A stretch of 64,000 bases of DNA from Camelus dromedarius (Eukaryota): NCBI RefSeq assembly GCF_036321535.1, contig NC_087437.1, positions 103,418,001-103,482,000 of the forward strand, written 5' to 3'. Both the position numbers and the translations under genes were made by a program. Below are positions 24,403-36,172 of this stretch, in pieces (the first letter of the stretch is position 1; every line of letters starts with the position of its first letter). The notes under the pieces are model-generated. The model was given only the letters and a program-made list of their open reading frames with translations. It searched no databases and had not been told where the DNA came from.

Positions 24403-27400
24403 ACAATCACGTTGTCTCCTTCACCTCCAGCTGAGACCTGTGGCAGGCAACATCCTATTTTTAGAAGTAGAGTAGGGGGTTTTTCTGCTCTCTTGTATCT
24501 CTTTCCCTTTTAATAAAAAATTTTTGGCCTTTGCAGAGCTGGTCTGAAACAAGAGAGGGAGCGAAGAAAAAGCCCAAATTTTTACTGAACAGGTATCATC
24601 TTAAAGTGTCTGTGAGTTTTTGTGATCGGTGGTCCCATGTCCTGTGTTGGTCTCCTTCAACTTCAACTGTCTCAGTTTAGACCACACCCAGCTTTCGTTT
24701 GCACTCACCCAAAAAGCCCTTGCTACTTTGGCACCTGAAGATAGACTCCATCTCTTTCTTCTGAGGACATCTCACTCTTCGGCAGAATTCATCAGAAACT
24801 GGAAACCTTTTAAAGAAGCCATTGGAATTCATGCACCTTTGACTGGCTGGAGAGAAGAATGTAGTTTACTCCCTGACGCATTCCCGCCCTAGTCAGGTCC
24901 TTACCCTTATCTTTGTCGATATGGTTCAAACACCAGCTGTCTGGATCTCCCCAGTGGCAGAAGACAAACAGTAAGCTTTTGTCACTGAAGCCCAGCGACT
25001 TGGGATAGTGGCCTGCATTCTCCACCTTGTTGGAGATTGAAATTTTAATACAGGTCTTTTCAATTACATGCTCCTCAGAAAATTCTGCAGACAAATCTGA
25101 CCGTTTTATGTGTTAGATATGAGTGAATCCTCTAACTGCTTCTCAATCACCTGCTATAAAATGTCTGCTTGAAGTTATGTCTTACAAGCTACTTTGGAGT
25201 GTAACATCTATTCATTTTATGTCTCAGACAAAAATGAGTTAAACTGTAATAACCTGTTACAGATTCACTGGGTCAGGAGATATTATTGAATATTTACTTT
25301 GTGAAAGATACTGTACCATATTCTGTAAAAAAAAAAGAGATGGTAATAAACATATTATACCCTCAAATACCTTTTATAGAATCTATTATAGAATGTGGGT
25401 ATATAGGTACATGAATATAATTCAGATAGAAAGTGGTGTGCCACAAAAGAGATACAGGTAAAGTACAATGGAAATTTAAGGTTCAAAAGCATTCTTTATT
25501 CTATATTTGTAGGATTCAGGACAGCGGAGGCAGTAGGAAAAGTGTATATGAGTAGATGATTAAAACTAGAGAATATGATACTTTATAAGAATAATGACCC
25601 TTCATCACTGGTTATTCCCATTCAATATAAATAATTCAATTTTAAAACCTCAGAATTCATAACTTTGATGTTATCCAAATACCTATTAGTATGTTTCTGA
25701 ATATATTTGAAATGAGTGAATTGAAATATTTATGGGCACATTAAATTCTAAAAATATAATAAATCACAGAGTTTCATTTACAGTTTATTAGAGACTAGAT
25801 TACCTCCTATGCTTCCTGGCTACTTTCATATTGATCAGAGACTTAATAGCCAGATAGAAATGATACTTGTACTTTGTAATTGCTTTTAATAATGAATTTT
25901 TGTGTGTATTCTATGAACAACATAGCAGTTTCTTATTTTGATTAAAAATATGCTATGCAAGGAAAAGTAGACATTCTAGAGATGATAAAACACCAAAAGA
26001 AAAAGGCAACATAATACAATGACTCATACAGTAAAAGTTTCTGTTGTTTAGACATAATTATCTGAGGATGTTTATAAAATGGAAATATGTAAATTGAGCT
26101 TGAGATACCAGATGATTTTAGGGGAAGAATTTTTTTGATAGCAGTTGTAAGCTGGGATGGGCTGGTGATTGGTAACATGGCAGAGTAAATGATCTCCCAG
26201 GGCCCTCACTTTGAGCACCATTGAGTACATATTGTATATAGAGAAAAAAAGGAACTATTAAATATGTGTGTGTGCGCTTGTGCATGTTCATGTGTATCTG
26301 TGTACACACATTTTTCATATCCCAACTAGAAGGAGTGGTGGTTTTCTTGGATCCTCACTACCTCTTTTTGCACCATTCAAAGTGGCTCCCTTGGAACACA
26401 GGCAACATTATCATGTAAATTTGATTTTACTCTCAAGGCCATTATCAAATATCTAACATCTTTTTTTTTTTTAAACTCCTTGCGGTCCTTTTATTTCAAA
26501 AGAAGACATAAAGAAGCAGTAAAATTAAATTTACAGATATAGTGCCAGTAAAGATGTGACCATGATGAATACTTTGACCTATGAAAGTGCCATAAGTCGG
26601 TTATAGCCTATATAGGAAATTTATCTGAGAATAACTGTACCCAAACTATCAGTATAGTTGCCATGTTAATTTAGGCATTTAAAAGTTTAATTATATTTTA
26701 ACCAAACAATAAAATACTAAGTGAATTTGACAAACTTTTGGCATTCGTAATAGTATGCAAAGTATGATGTAGCATTTTAAAAAACTTATTTGAAAAGTAT
26801 TTCAATTAGTTGGAACTTAAACAATTTTAAAGTTTCTGATCTTCTCCAAAGAGAAACAATTCTATTGCTCTTCATGGTTTAAAAACCCTTTCATACACTT
26901 TCTAGTTGTTCTTTACAGTCAAGTAGAGACTAGATTTCCCATATTTTTAAGAAGGTGCTAAGAGGCTCAGGGGAAAAGAGATCATTATTTAATGGTCTTC
27001 TGACTCCATGCCTTTTGCTTTTTTTACAATATTTTAGACATGTTGTGGTGATGTTCAGATAAAAGCTATACAGTTATTTTGAATAAGGGGCCACAAAATA
27101 AAACGTAAAAACAAACAAAAAAAACCAAGCAACAAATTAAGCAAACTAAAAACATAAATCTGTCTAACTGACTATACAAAATATACAATTGATAAGAAAA
27201 GCACATTCATTAAAATGAAATTAACTATTAGTAGGGGATTAAAATGTATGGTAATAAAATAACCTCATGAAACTACAAATGAAATAGACCTAGGAGGTCC
27301 ATGCTGACCATAAAGCTCAATAATGGAACAGCCTGCTCAATATAGTCGGATTTATTCAAGAAGCATAAATGTTCATCCTTTCCCAAGAAATTCAAAGTCC

Positions 27401-27685
27401 AGTTGCTGAACAAAGTCTAATAAACAAACATGAGTGATACAGATTCAATGAAGAGCTAAATTGTGCAGCTCTGAGATCTTAGCAGAGAGAGAGAGAGAGA
27501 GAAGAAAGTATGCTCATACCTAGAAGGTAGAAGCTGCCCTACTTCTTCAAGATCAGTAGTAGAAGGAATAGAAAAAAAAAAACGAAGAGAAAGGTGAGGT
27601 GAGCTATGAATAAATGCACAAAAATGGGAAACTATGGAACACAGTGAAGAAATTTACAAGACTACAGAAAATTTATTTAGAGTGG

Positions 27686-28078
27686 TATATTAGTCTGTCC
27701 AGGTTGCCATAACGAAATACCACAGATCAGATGGCTTAAATAACAGAACTTAATTTTCTCATAGCTCTGGAGACATGAAGTCCAAGATTAAGATGCTGGA
27801 ACATTTGTTTCCTGGTGAGACCTCTCCTGCTGATTTATAGACTGCCACCTTGTCCCTGTGTTCTCACATAGCCTTTTTTCTGTGTGCAAGGGGAGAGAGA
27901 GCTTTGGTACCTATTGATCTTTTTATAATGTCATCAATCCTATTGGATTAGGAACTGACCCTTGTGATCTTATTTATCCTTGATTATCTCCTTAAGAACC
28001 CAGTCTCCAAACACAGTCACATTGGGAGTATGGTTTCAACATGGAAATTTTGGAAGGATACAATTCAGCCTATAGCAA
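27686..28078 (-). mobile_element. MaLR MLT1A/B-type solo LTR
   Basis: 'tattagtctgtccaggttgccataacgaaataccacaga...aagtccaagattaag...ctccaaacacagtcacattggg...caattcagcctatagca'. Confidence 0.9.
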
Positions 28079-28099
28079 GGGGGTATAGATACTAAGGCC

Positions 28100-29186
28100 A
28101 AGCAGATGACTGGCTTACACCAATATGTCAGAGCTGGATTTTGTGGGAAGGTTTTATACTCTGACTCTGCGTGCAGCTTTAGAATGGTTATTTAGAGTTT
28201 TTGAGGGGCAAAAAATTGTCATGCAACGACCCCAGTGACAGTGGGGTAAATGGTCCTTTCCTTTATCTGTTGCTGGGTAGAATTTTTTCATAGCACCCCC
28301 TAGGTATTTTAGAAAACACATTAGTGTTATTTTCTAGGAGACTTTTCAAAAGTTTCCCTTTCTGCTCAGGACAGGGGAGCTTTGAAAAATTACAGTTAAA
28401 AGTAAAGAAGCCTTTTTTTTTTTTTTTTCAATAGTCTCCTTTAGGGAAATGCCCCGTCGTCCAGGGACTCTTCTGCTCCTCTATATGGCTGGTGTGTAGA
28501 AGACTGCTGTTGTCCTCATCGTGACAAGGCCATAAGCCTGAGCTCTGCATGAGGTCCTTCAGCTGTCATCTGGATCCTCACTGGCTCATGCACTGATACT
28601 CTGTAACATTGGTGGTCCACTTGCCAGTCATGGTGCAAACTGTAGCTGGGTAAGTTCATCTCTGTCCTGGCCCCAGTCAGCCTCTTGAGCCCTCCTTGTG
28701 GACCCATCCCCACCACTGCTCTTACTGGTTCTGTTGAATCTGGGGCCTCCAACATGTCCTCCGTTCAGTACTTGTCCCAGGTGCTTTAAGTGTAGCCTTT
28801 GCCATGGGGTCATGCTCCGCTCTCAATACAACAGAACTACTGGCTCTCAACTATCTTTCCTTGGTGCCCAAGAACCGATTTAAGTGCAAGAGGAGTACTC
28901 TTAAACCCTCTCTGGCTCTAAATAAATCAAGCATCGTTTCTCTTCCTCTACAATTCTGTAGGTACCAGGACCTTCCTCAAGGTGGTCCAGATTCCCTAAT
29001 AAGAAGATAAACAAAAGCCCTGTGGGACTCAACTTTCTCCTCTATTTGGGGCATTTTGTAGTTTTCTCTATGAAGTTATAACCCAGGGGAGTCTTCAGGA
29101 ACCTCAACTCTGACTGCTTGCCCCTTCCCTCTTTCTCTCTCTCTAGTCCAAGAATTTTTTTACCCAGGAGCTGCCGCTTTGTCACA
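28100..29186 (-). mobile_element. Possible highly decayed Gypsy-type (MamGyp-like) internal gag fragment
   Basis: GC-richer block; minus-strand frames give AQEADWGQDR...LQFAP*LASG and QLKDLMQSSGL, loosely like Gypsy/SCAN-related gag (GW...W..LAP.L.G; Y..LK..L...GL). Weak resemblance only. Confidence 0.3.
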
Positions 29187-29959
29187 GTCTCCCCCTTCCA
29201 AGACAACATTCACCCTTGCCTCTTTTTTAGGATAGATGAAAGTTTAGATTCAGACATGTCTAATGAATTACAGAGAAATTTTATTTATGGAAGTATTTAA
29301 ATACATTGATTTAATATTTTCACAAAATTATTTGAGTATTAATTCATTTACATACTTATTTTGATCACAAGAATGTATGGAGAATCCTGGTGCCAGTACA
29401 CAAAACCAGGCTGTCAAGACAAATAGCGCATCACATAGTCAATGTTCTCAATGAGTTTAGAGTAGGGCAGGGAAGACAAAGAATTAAATAGATAATTACA
29501 GAAGAATATTATAAATACTATGGTAGAGGAGGAAGAAGGCATTATAAAAAAATTTCAGGAATGTATAACCTAGGGTAGCCAGCTCACTTCTATGTCCAGG
29601 GATGTAGTAAGGAATATTTTGAAAGTAGACAGAAGGGCTATGGCTTAATGTGACAATTACGAGGGAGTGACTTCCCCTAGGATGTAGTGATGTAATGCTA
29701 CTTTAGGATGGTTAATCTGATGGTTTAAGGTAGATAGATTGGAGAGGATAGACACAGAGGCAGATGGCACTGTCAGAGGCTCAGAATTATTGATGTATGA
29801 ATGATTGGGAAGAGAACTTCTAGGGGGAAATGTCTTAAGATTAAGGGGGAAAAAAGGCATCTATAGCCTTGGTGAAATTTACAGTGAAATGACATGATAA
29901 GATATAATCCAATAAGATACTGAGAAATATTAAATAAAATAATTATGGAAAAAGTAGAA

Positions 29960-30300
29960 AGTAATCTTTCACTGTTCTACATCAGTCAGGTTTGTATAAT
30001 CATGTCCAGTTTTCAATAATGAACTTTAAAAAATAAAAAAAAAAAAGTGGAAGAGCAGGAGATGGTCACAGAAGAGAAGCAAAGATGTAATTAACCTTCG
30101 GCAAATAGAAATTAAGTGAACTAGATTTGTTTAGCTTAGAGAAAAGAAGGACAAAGTTGATCTGATTATAGAAATGAGTCATACATAGAGTAATTAGGGG
30201 GGAGATGCAATTTTCTGTGTCTCCAGATAACCAACAATAGGAAATGGACTTTCATACAACAGCGTGTTTATTTTCAGATGTAAATGAAAAGAATACTCTA
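29960..30300 (+). mobile_element. CR1/L3 3' fragment
   Basis: 'ttaagtgaactagatttgtttagcttagagaaaagaagg' corresponds to the CR1 ORF2 C-terminal motif LKELGLFSLEKRR. Confidence 0.7.
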
Positions 30301-33300
30301 AAATCTACTGTAAATAAACTATTATATAGCTTACTATATAGTGTACTAATCTGTATAGGTTTCCATGGGACTGTCTTTTGAATCCATGAGCATCTGTCTG
30401 CGCTGACTGGTCACTTACGAGTTTAGGGTGGGGTGAACTAGCTGTGCTCATGGGTCTGTGAATTTAAAAAATTTGCAAGACTCAACTTTATTTCATAGAT
30501 TTGCTCTGAAAATTAATGTAAAATAGTATAACTATTTCCCCCACTATGCTTTTTTAAAGTCAATAAGCTTCCTATAAAGTATGACTTAAATCTGGGAGAA
30601 AAGCAAAAATAGTTTATTAATTGCTTTACTTTTTTATCTTACTACTGTAAAAATTCAAAATTCAGTTCTTAAAAATATATTATTAATCAAGAGAATTTTC
30701 AATAAATTTTCTAGTAATCTTACAAGCTCACTTTATGATTTTGCCTTTTATAAAATACATAGGAAAATATGAACTTTTTCAAATCAAAGTAGGCATTTTT
30801 AGAACATGAAGGAAATTCAGATCTGATTAAGTCTGCCTCTTCACAAATACACCTAAACTTTCTGTCAACGTCCATAAGCTTCTAAAGTTGTCTGTGCACA
30901 AACTAGGTACATAATCAAAGGTCACTGGGAAGATAATTAGGTTCTAGCTCCCAAAAGGATCAGTATCAACAAATACAAGAACACAAGTAAAATCCACAAC
31001 AGTAATAGAAATATGTATTTTGATGAAGACACTTTTAGATTATATAAAAAACCCTCTTTTTCAGGGACTTCTTTAACCTTTAAATCTGTAAAGGTCCAGT
31101 GCATTGAACAGGTCAAGTGTGTCCAGGAGTGACAATCAAAGAGTTTACAGTGGCAGGATCATAGGCTGCTCTGGGAGGAGGTTAAGCTTTGAGTGTGATG
31201 TGCCTTGAACAATTAGTCCACAGGAAATTGGGTGGTACCTTTTAAAAGAAGTTAAGAAGCTGAGATCATAAACATACCTGATAGGCAAAAAGTATCTGAC
31301 AGAGGTTGTTTGGGTATACTTATTTGCTTATTATTTGGTAATTTTTCTTATTTTAAGTGGAGGATGTCAGTAGCAATTTTTTTTTAAGGAATAAAATATA
31401 GTTTGTCTCGGCGGCTGATGTGAATCCAAGATAAAGAATAAGGGGGATATTTTAATAGAAAAGGTGAGAAATCTCATCATCTCACCTAAATGGAACTACC
31501 ATATACTGCAGATGGGAAAGAAAAGTGAGATACGAAGAGAGATGTTTTGAAGGTAAAATGGACCCCTTAAGCTGGCATATCAGATGTTGGAAGTGCATCT
31601 CTTAATACCCAAAGCACAGCATGCCCTTTTCGCTAAGTTTCCTCCTAGGGTCAAATGCTTACAACCATGTGAAATACAATTGCTCCTGATCATTAGATAA
31701 TGCAAACATTTTTGCAGAAATGCAATTTGTGTCTCTAAGGTATTAAAAAATTTCACTCTACTTATGTGTTAGTTCGATCGTTGAACTTCCCTTGAACATG
31801 ATAAATATTCAAAGCCTGGACTGCTTTGCATTTCGGTTTGTCATCAGTTAGCTCACTTTATTATCCGCACACTAAATTGAAGATGATTATATTAAGAGCA
31901 CTTCATCGTTTCATTATCTTACATATTTGACTACTCTACTTGACTACCTCATATTTAATTGAAATACCAATTGAGCCGGGGAGTTGGAAGTAGAACTATT
32001 GTGTATTTCTCTCTGTTCAAAGTATTTTTCTTTGAGATTGGCAGTTTCTTTCTCTTCTTTCCTTTTTTTTTTTTTCTTTTACTTTCTATATTAGAGGAGA
32101 AAAAATAAAGTGGACTTAATAAAGTTCCACAAATGCTCAGGGGATTCTTTTTTCCCCTGAAGTTTTCTTTCCCAACATTCCCAAACATCAAAATAAAAAT
32201 GACAGTTTGCAAATAAAATGTAAATCATTGTTTTCCAAGTAAATAATTAAAATCATAATTTAAATTTTATATGTGTTAGTATGGTATAAGAGTTTTTCAA
32301 AGACTTTTGAAAAATTTTGGTATTTCAAAAGTACAATAGCTCCATTTTATTCTTTCATTTGAAAGATATAAGAAAAAAACAATAGATACATTAATTCTAA
32401 TGGATAATTTAAGGAATTTTTTAGGCAAATACAATTTAAAATGTGTGGCAGTATGCTTTACTATTCCTGTAGCTATTTCTTCAGTTCTCTCTAACATTTC
32501 ATTAATTTTTAAATAAGCATATAAGAACAAATTATTTCTCAAAAACACATTTTGAATGAATTTCAAATATTTAACTTCAAGTGGAATACAAAACTTAGCT
32601 GATTTTCTCTTCTTTATAAGATGATTGATTTTATATTTAAAAAACATATGAATAATGAGCATGTGCAGAAATTTTAAAATATGTGCTACTATTTTATTAC
32701 AAATTTAAGATATTGTACATTCAAAGAACAATATTGTTAATAACTTAGATATACAATTGCATTTCTGTAAAAAATGTTCGTTATTTTCTATTAATCACAA
32801 ACAATTATAACTCACATTGATGTAAGCAGTTTTATTTAAAATATTTAATATTTAAAGGTGGATAGTATCAATTACATAGTGTGCTATGTTAAAGGTACCA
32901 ATGTATTATACAGGAAACAAACTTTTTGTGTTGCAGGTCTATAGAAGTTCATTTAAGTGTGCACAGCTGTTATTATAATACTATACTTTTTAATTTTTAT
33001 TGTTTGTTTTTATTTATTTGTATTTTTGGAAGCCTTTTCTTCACATCGTATTTAGAGCTCTATGCTCATGTTCATGTAATATGATGAACTAGCCTAATTT
33101 TGTTGTAAGAAAACCTAGCTAAAATTTTATCAAAATCCTCATTTTTGAATACAGGCCTTTGTGCATTAATGCAACATTTTCTTTTTCTGCATAGTGCCAG
33201 TCTGTTTAATGGATTTTAAATATTTATCAAATTAACCAATTGCTTGAATAAACAAATTCCATTAGTGGTTTTAGATTTGTATGAACTCAATGTGTAGACA

Positions 33301-33813
33301 ACAGGCCATTCATATCTTAAGACAGTTATTACTAAACCATTTTAATCATGCACCTCTATTATTAAAAATTTTGAGTATACTCCCAATATATAGATTTTAT
33401 TTGTTTATAGTTTATATATTTATATTGTCATGCTGATATGTATGTTATAAAATATCCACATAATAGAAATTTAAAAATAGAAAAAATTTAGAAGGTGGAA
33501 TAATGATAAATATGCAACAATTCTGCATGTTTCTGATATCTTATTTTATATCATTTGTTATTGACACAGGAAACTCTCAGTAAAATACTTATGGATATTT
33601 ATTGCTCAATAAAAATTCACACTTTTGTCAGCATTTAGTTCTTAATGGTTTATCTAGCCATGATGGCTTAACACTATCATTAACCAATATCTCCAGTTAT
33701 AACACATACTTAGATGAGAATTAAATGCTCTTTGCCAATTGTTTTCTGACTCTTTCAATTTTTGTCATCTTCCCTTTAAATCTTCTTATCCTGGCATTGT
33801 TTCTATCCTGTAG

Positions 33814-34050
33814 TTGCCGCTGCGGGCCTCAGCTTCGGTCCCGCGCCGCCCGCCCCCGCGCTCGCCTCCATGCTCCCGGCTTCGCTTCCGTCTTTCGCCG
33901 CCACTGCTACTGCCGCCTCCGCTCCAGTGCTAATGTAAGTCCTTTGCTCCGTAAGAAAAGCGTACACTGTGCTACTTTTAGTTTGCTTGCGCTTGTACTA
34001 CTAGCAACGTCTTCAGTCCATGGTTTGCTGTCGGGATATTTGTCAGCCGC
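33814..34050 (+). promoter_or_regulatory. Small orphan CpG island; candidate promoter and first exon (donor after 33934)
   Basis: 17 CpG in 33814-33934 and 6 more in 33935-34085, in very AT-rich DNA. GC boxes CCGCCC at 33846-33855, ETS-like CTTCCG at 33885-33890, donor AAT|GTAAGT at 33934/33935. Confidence 0.65.
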
Positions 34051-34085
34051 TTGTCCATTTTATGACTTACTTTTGTTTAAACCAG

Positions 34086-34121
34086 ATAACACTATCCAGA
34101 TGTTTACTGACCCTGAAATAG
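34086..34121 (+). other. Candidate 36-nt exon
   Basis: Acceptor 'gacttacttttgtttaaaccAG|', donor 'AG|GTATGT'. Contains ATG at 34100 (MFTDPEI.., weak Kozak); the phase 1-1 frame DNTIQMFTDPEI is open. Confidence 0.5.
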
Positions 34122-35149
34122 GTATGTCACAACATCTGACATCCTGTTAGAGATAAAAACAAAGTCTGTCACTGTAAATCCATTCTCCTGGTTGAACTCC
34201 CATCCTTCCCTCAAGGACCGTCTTATACCATGTGGAACAATCCTCCATCTGTTGTTAGGATGGGGTGAGAAGTTCAGTATTCATCTATATATTAAATACT
34301 AGTACTTATTATGGATGTGGACTAGTTATTCTGTTCTGCCTTTATCTTTGGATAAAATATGGCAAATGAGGTCTGGAAGACTTCACATCAAAGTATTCAA
34401 TAATAGATGACAGTATTTTATCACTCAGAGAAGCAATTAATTCATTGAGTATCTACTAATATCTATTATCCTTCTAGGAATTAAAAAAAAGTATTTTTTC
34501 CTCTTGTAAAAAGGGAAAAAAAACAAACAAACCCAGATTAAAACCCACCCTGACCTTACAGAGCACTCGGCTATGAAGAAAACAGGGTCGAATAATAAGG
34601 AAAGAGACTGGTGTTATTTTTTACAAGGTGCTCAGGGACAACTTCTCAGATTAGGTGGTATTTGAACAGAACTGATGGAGGAGAAGGAGCAAGACAGGCA
34701 GGTATCCAGAAGAAAGGCATTCCAACCTGAAAGAATAGCAAATGCAAATACAGCAAAGCCCACGTGAACTTGGAAAGAAAGCCTGGAGGCTAGAGAGTGT
34801 GTGAAGCCAGAAGGAAAGACAGGGTCTTGGGGCACAGGTCTAGCAAGGCCTGTAGGTAAGGACTGTGGATTTTGTTTGGTTTTATTTTGAGAGAGAGAGA
34901 GAAATACGAGGAGAAACTTAGAAGATTTGAAAAGAAACGTATGATAGTATATGGATGTTAAAAAAACAAAGCATTTTGAATTTGAACTATAAAGTGCAGG
35001 AGCAGTAGTCTGGAGATGAGTTAGTTAGCGGGACATTGCCGTACCAGAGTTAAGAGGCACTGTGGCTCAGAGCAAGTCAGTACTGTGAAGACCTTGAGAA
35101 CTGACTGACTTGGAGTCACGCTATGTTTTGAAAGCATAACAGACTAGTT

Positions 35150-35345
35150 AAGGACATGTACACTGGAGTCAGACTATTTTGATTTAAATCCCAGAACGGC
35201 CTGTTTTATGGTATATAGCTAGATACCACTTAAACTTACTATGATACCTTATCGGTGCAAAAATGAATGAGAGTATTACCTACCTTAGCTATGTAAAAAC
35301 TCACTGTTTACATGTGTGCGTATGTCTATACCAGCTAAGAGGGTA
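35150..35345 (+). mobile_element. MIR SINE
   Basis: 'agttaaggacatgtacactggagtcagac...ttaaatcccag...gataccacttaaac...ccttatcggtgcaaaaatg'. Confidence 0.65.
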
Positions 35346-35603
35346 ATCACATCGTAATTATTGGGTTTTGCTATTAATGAAAGGTGGAAGAGGAAAAGAT
35401 AAGTTCATGATGAGTCTAAGGTTTTGGTATGAGCAACAAGAGAAATGGAGTTGTGGTTTACTGAAATGGGGGCAACTAAAGAGAGGTTCCAGGGAAAGTG
35501 CAAATAAAAAATGTAGATTTAGATATGCTATGTTTGTGATGACCCAGAAGCACAAAAGTGAATGCTCTGAGTAAGTATATTTGAGATGAGAGATCCAGAC
35601 TAA

Positions 35604-36172
35604 GTGATAGGCAGGTAGATAGAAATGAGCAGCAGGCAAGGGGTGAGGAAAGGTGGGGGGACAGTAGGCAGATAAGAAGATAACAGTACTCCTGCACTCA
35701 GGCTAAGGGGCTTCAAAGAGTTTTATTTTCTCTATATGAGGGCTGACAAAGAAGCATGTTAGAACTCGGTGTTGGGTTGCACAGTAGAAAGAAGGGCCCA
35801 ACTTAAATGATCCAATGCTCATTTTAATATAATTAGCATTGCGGTTTGGGCCCCCTCCTGTAGGTTTTTCTGCGTGCATCATGGGTAAGAGCATGCAACG
35901 GAGATGGGCGTGCCCGAGCACTCAAGGGACACGAGCTGTCAATCAATCACAAGCATGCCCATAAGGATATAAGACAGGAGAAATAAAGGAGGGGCACTGT
36001 TTTCATTCTTGAGTTGGCCCACCTGCAATTCTCAAAGGTATACTTTGCTTTGCAAATTTTTGCTTTACTAATAAAACTCTCTGTTTACACAATGTTTTCA
36101 GTTGCCCGTTTGAATTCTTTTCTCTCAGGTAAGCTAAAAGAACTGAGGCCTTTTCCCCTCTCTGTGGTAACA
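35604..36172 (+). mobile_element. Solo ERV1-class LTR inserted in L2
   Basis: TG (tgataggc)...CA (ggtaaca) termini, TATA-like 'gatataag' ~35966, AATAAA at ~36070, retained CpGs; flanks taag/tatg could be a 4-bp TSD with one mismatch. Confidence 0.85.

Noticed and set aside
30279..30310. Exon-like segment ttttcAG|...|GTAAAT
   Set aside because: 32 nt, weak donor, and part of the CR1/L3 tail.
32297..32662. 121-aa minus-strand ORF
   Set aside because: F/K/I/L-rich composition typical of AT-rich non-coding DNA; no recognisable domain or splice context.
33803..33871. Minus-strand ATG in good Kozak context (MEASAGAGGAGPKLRPAAATTG*)
   Set aside because: Stops after 22 codons and no minus-strand splice donor follows; splice signals favour the plus strand.
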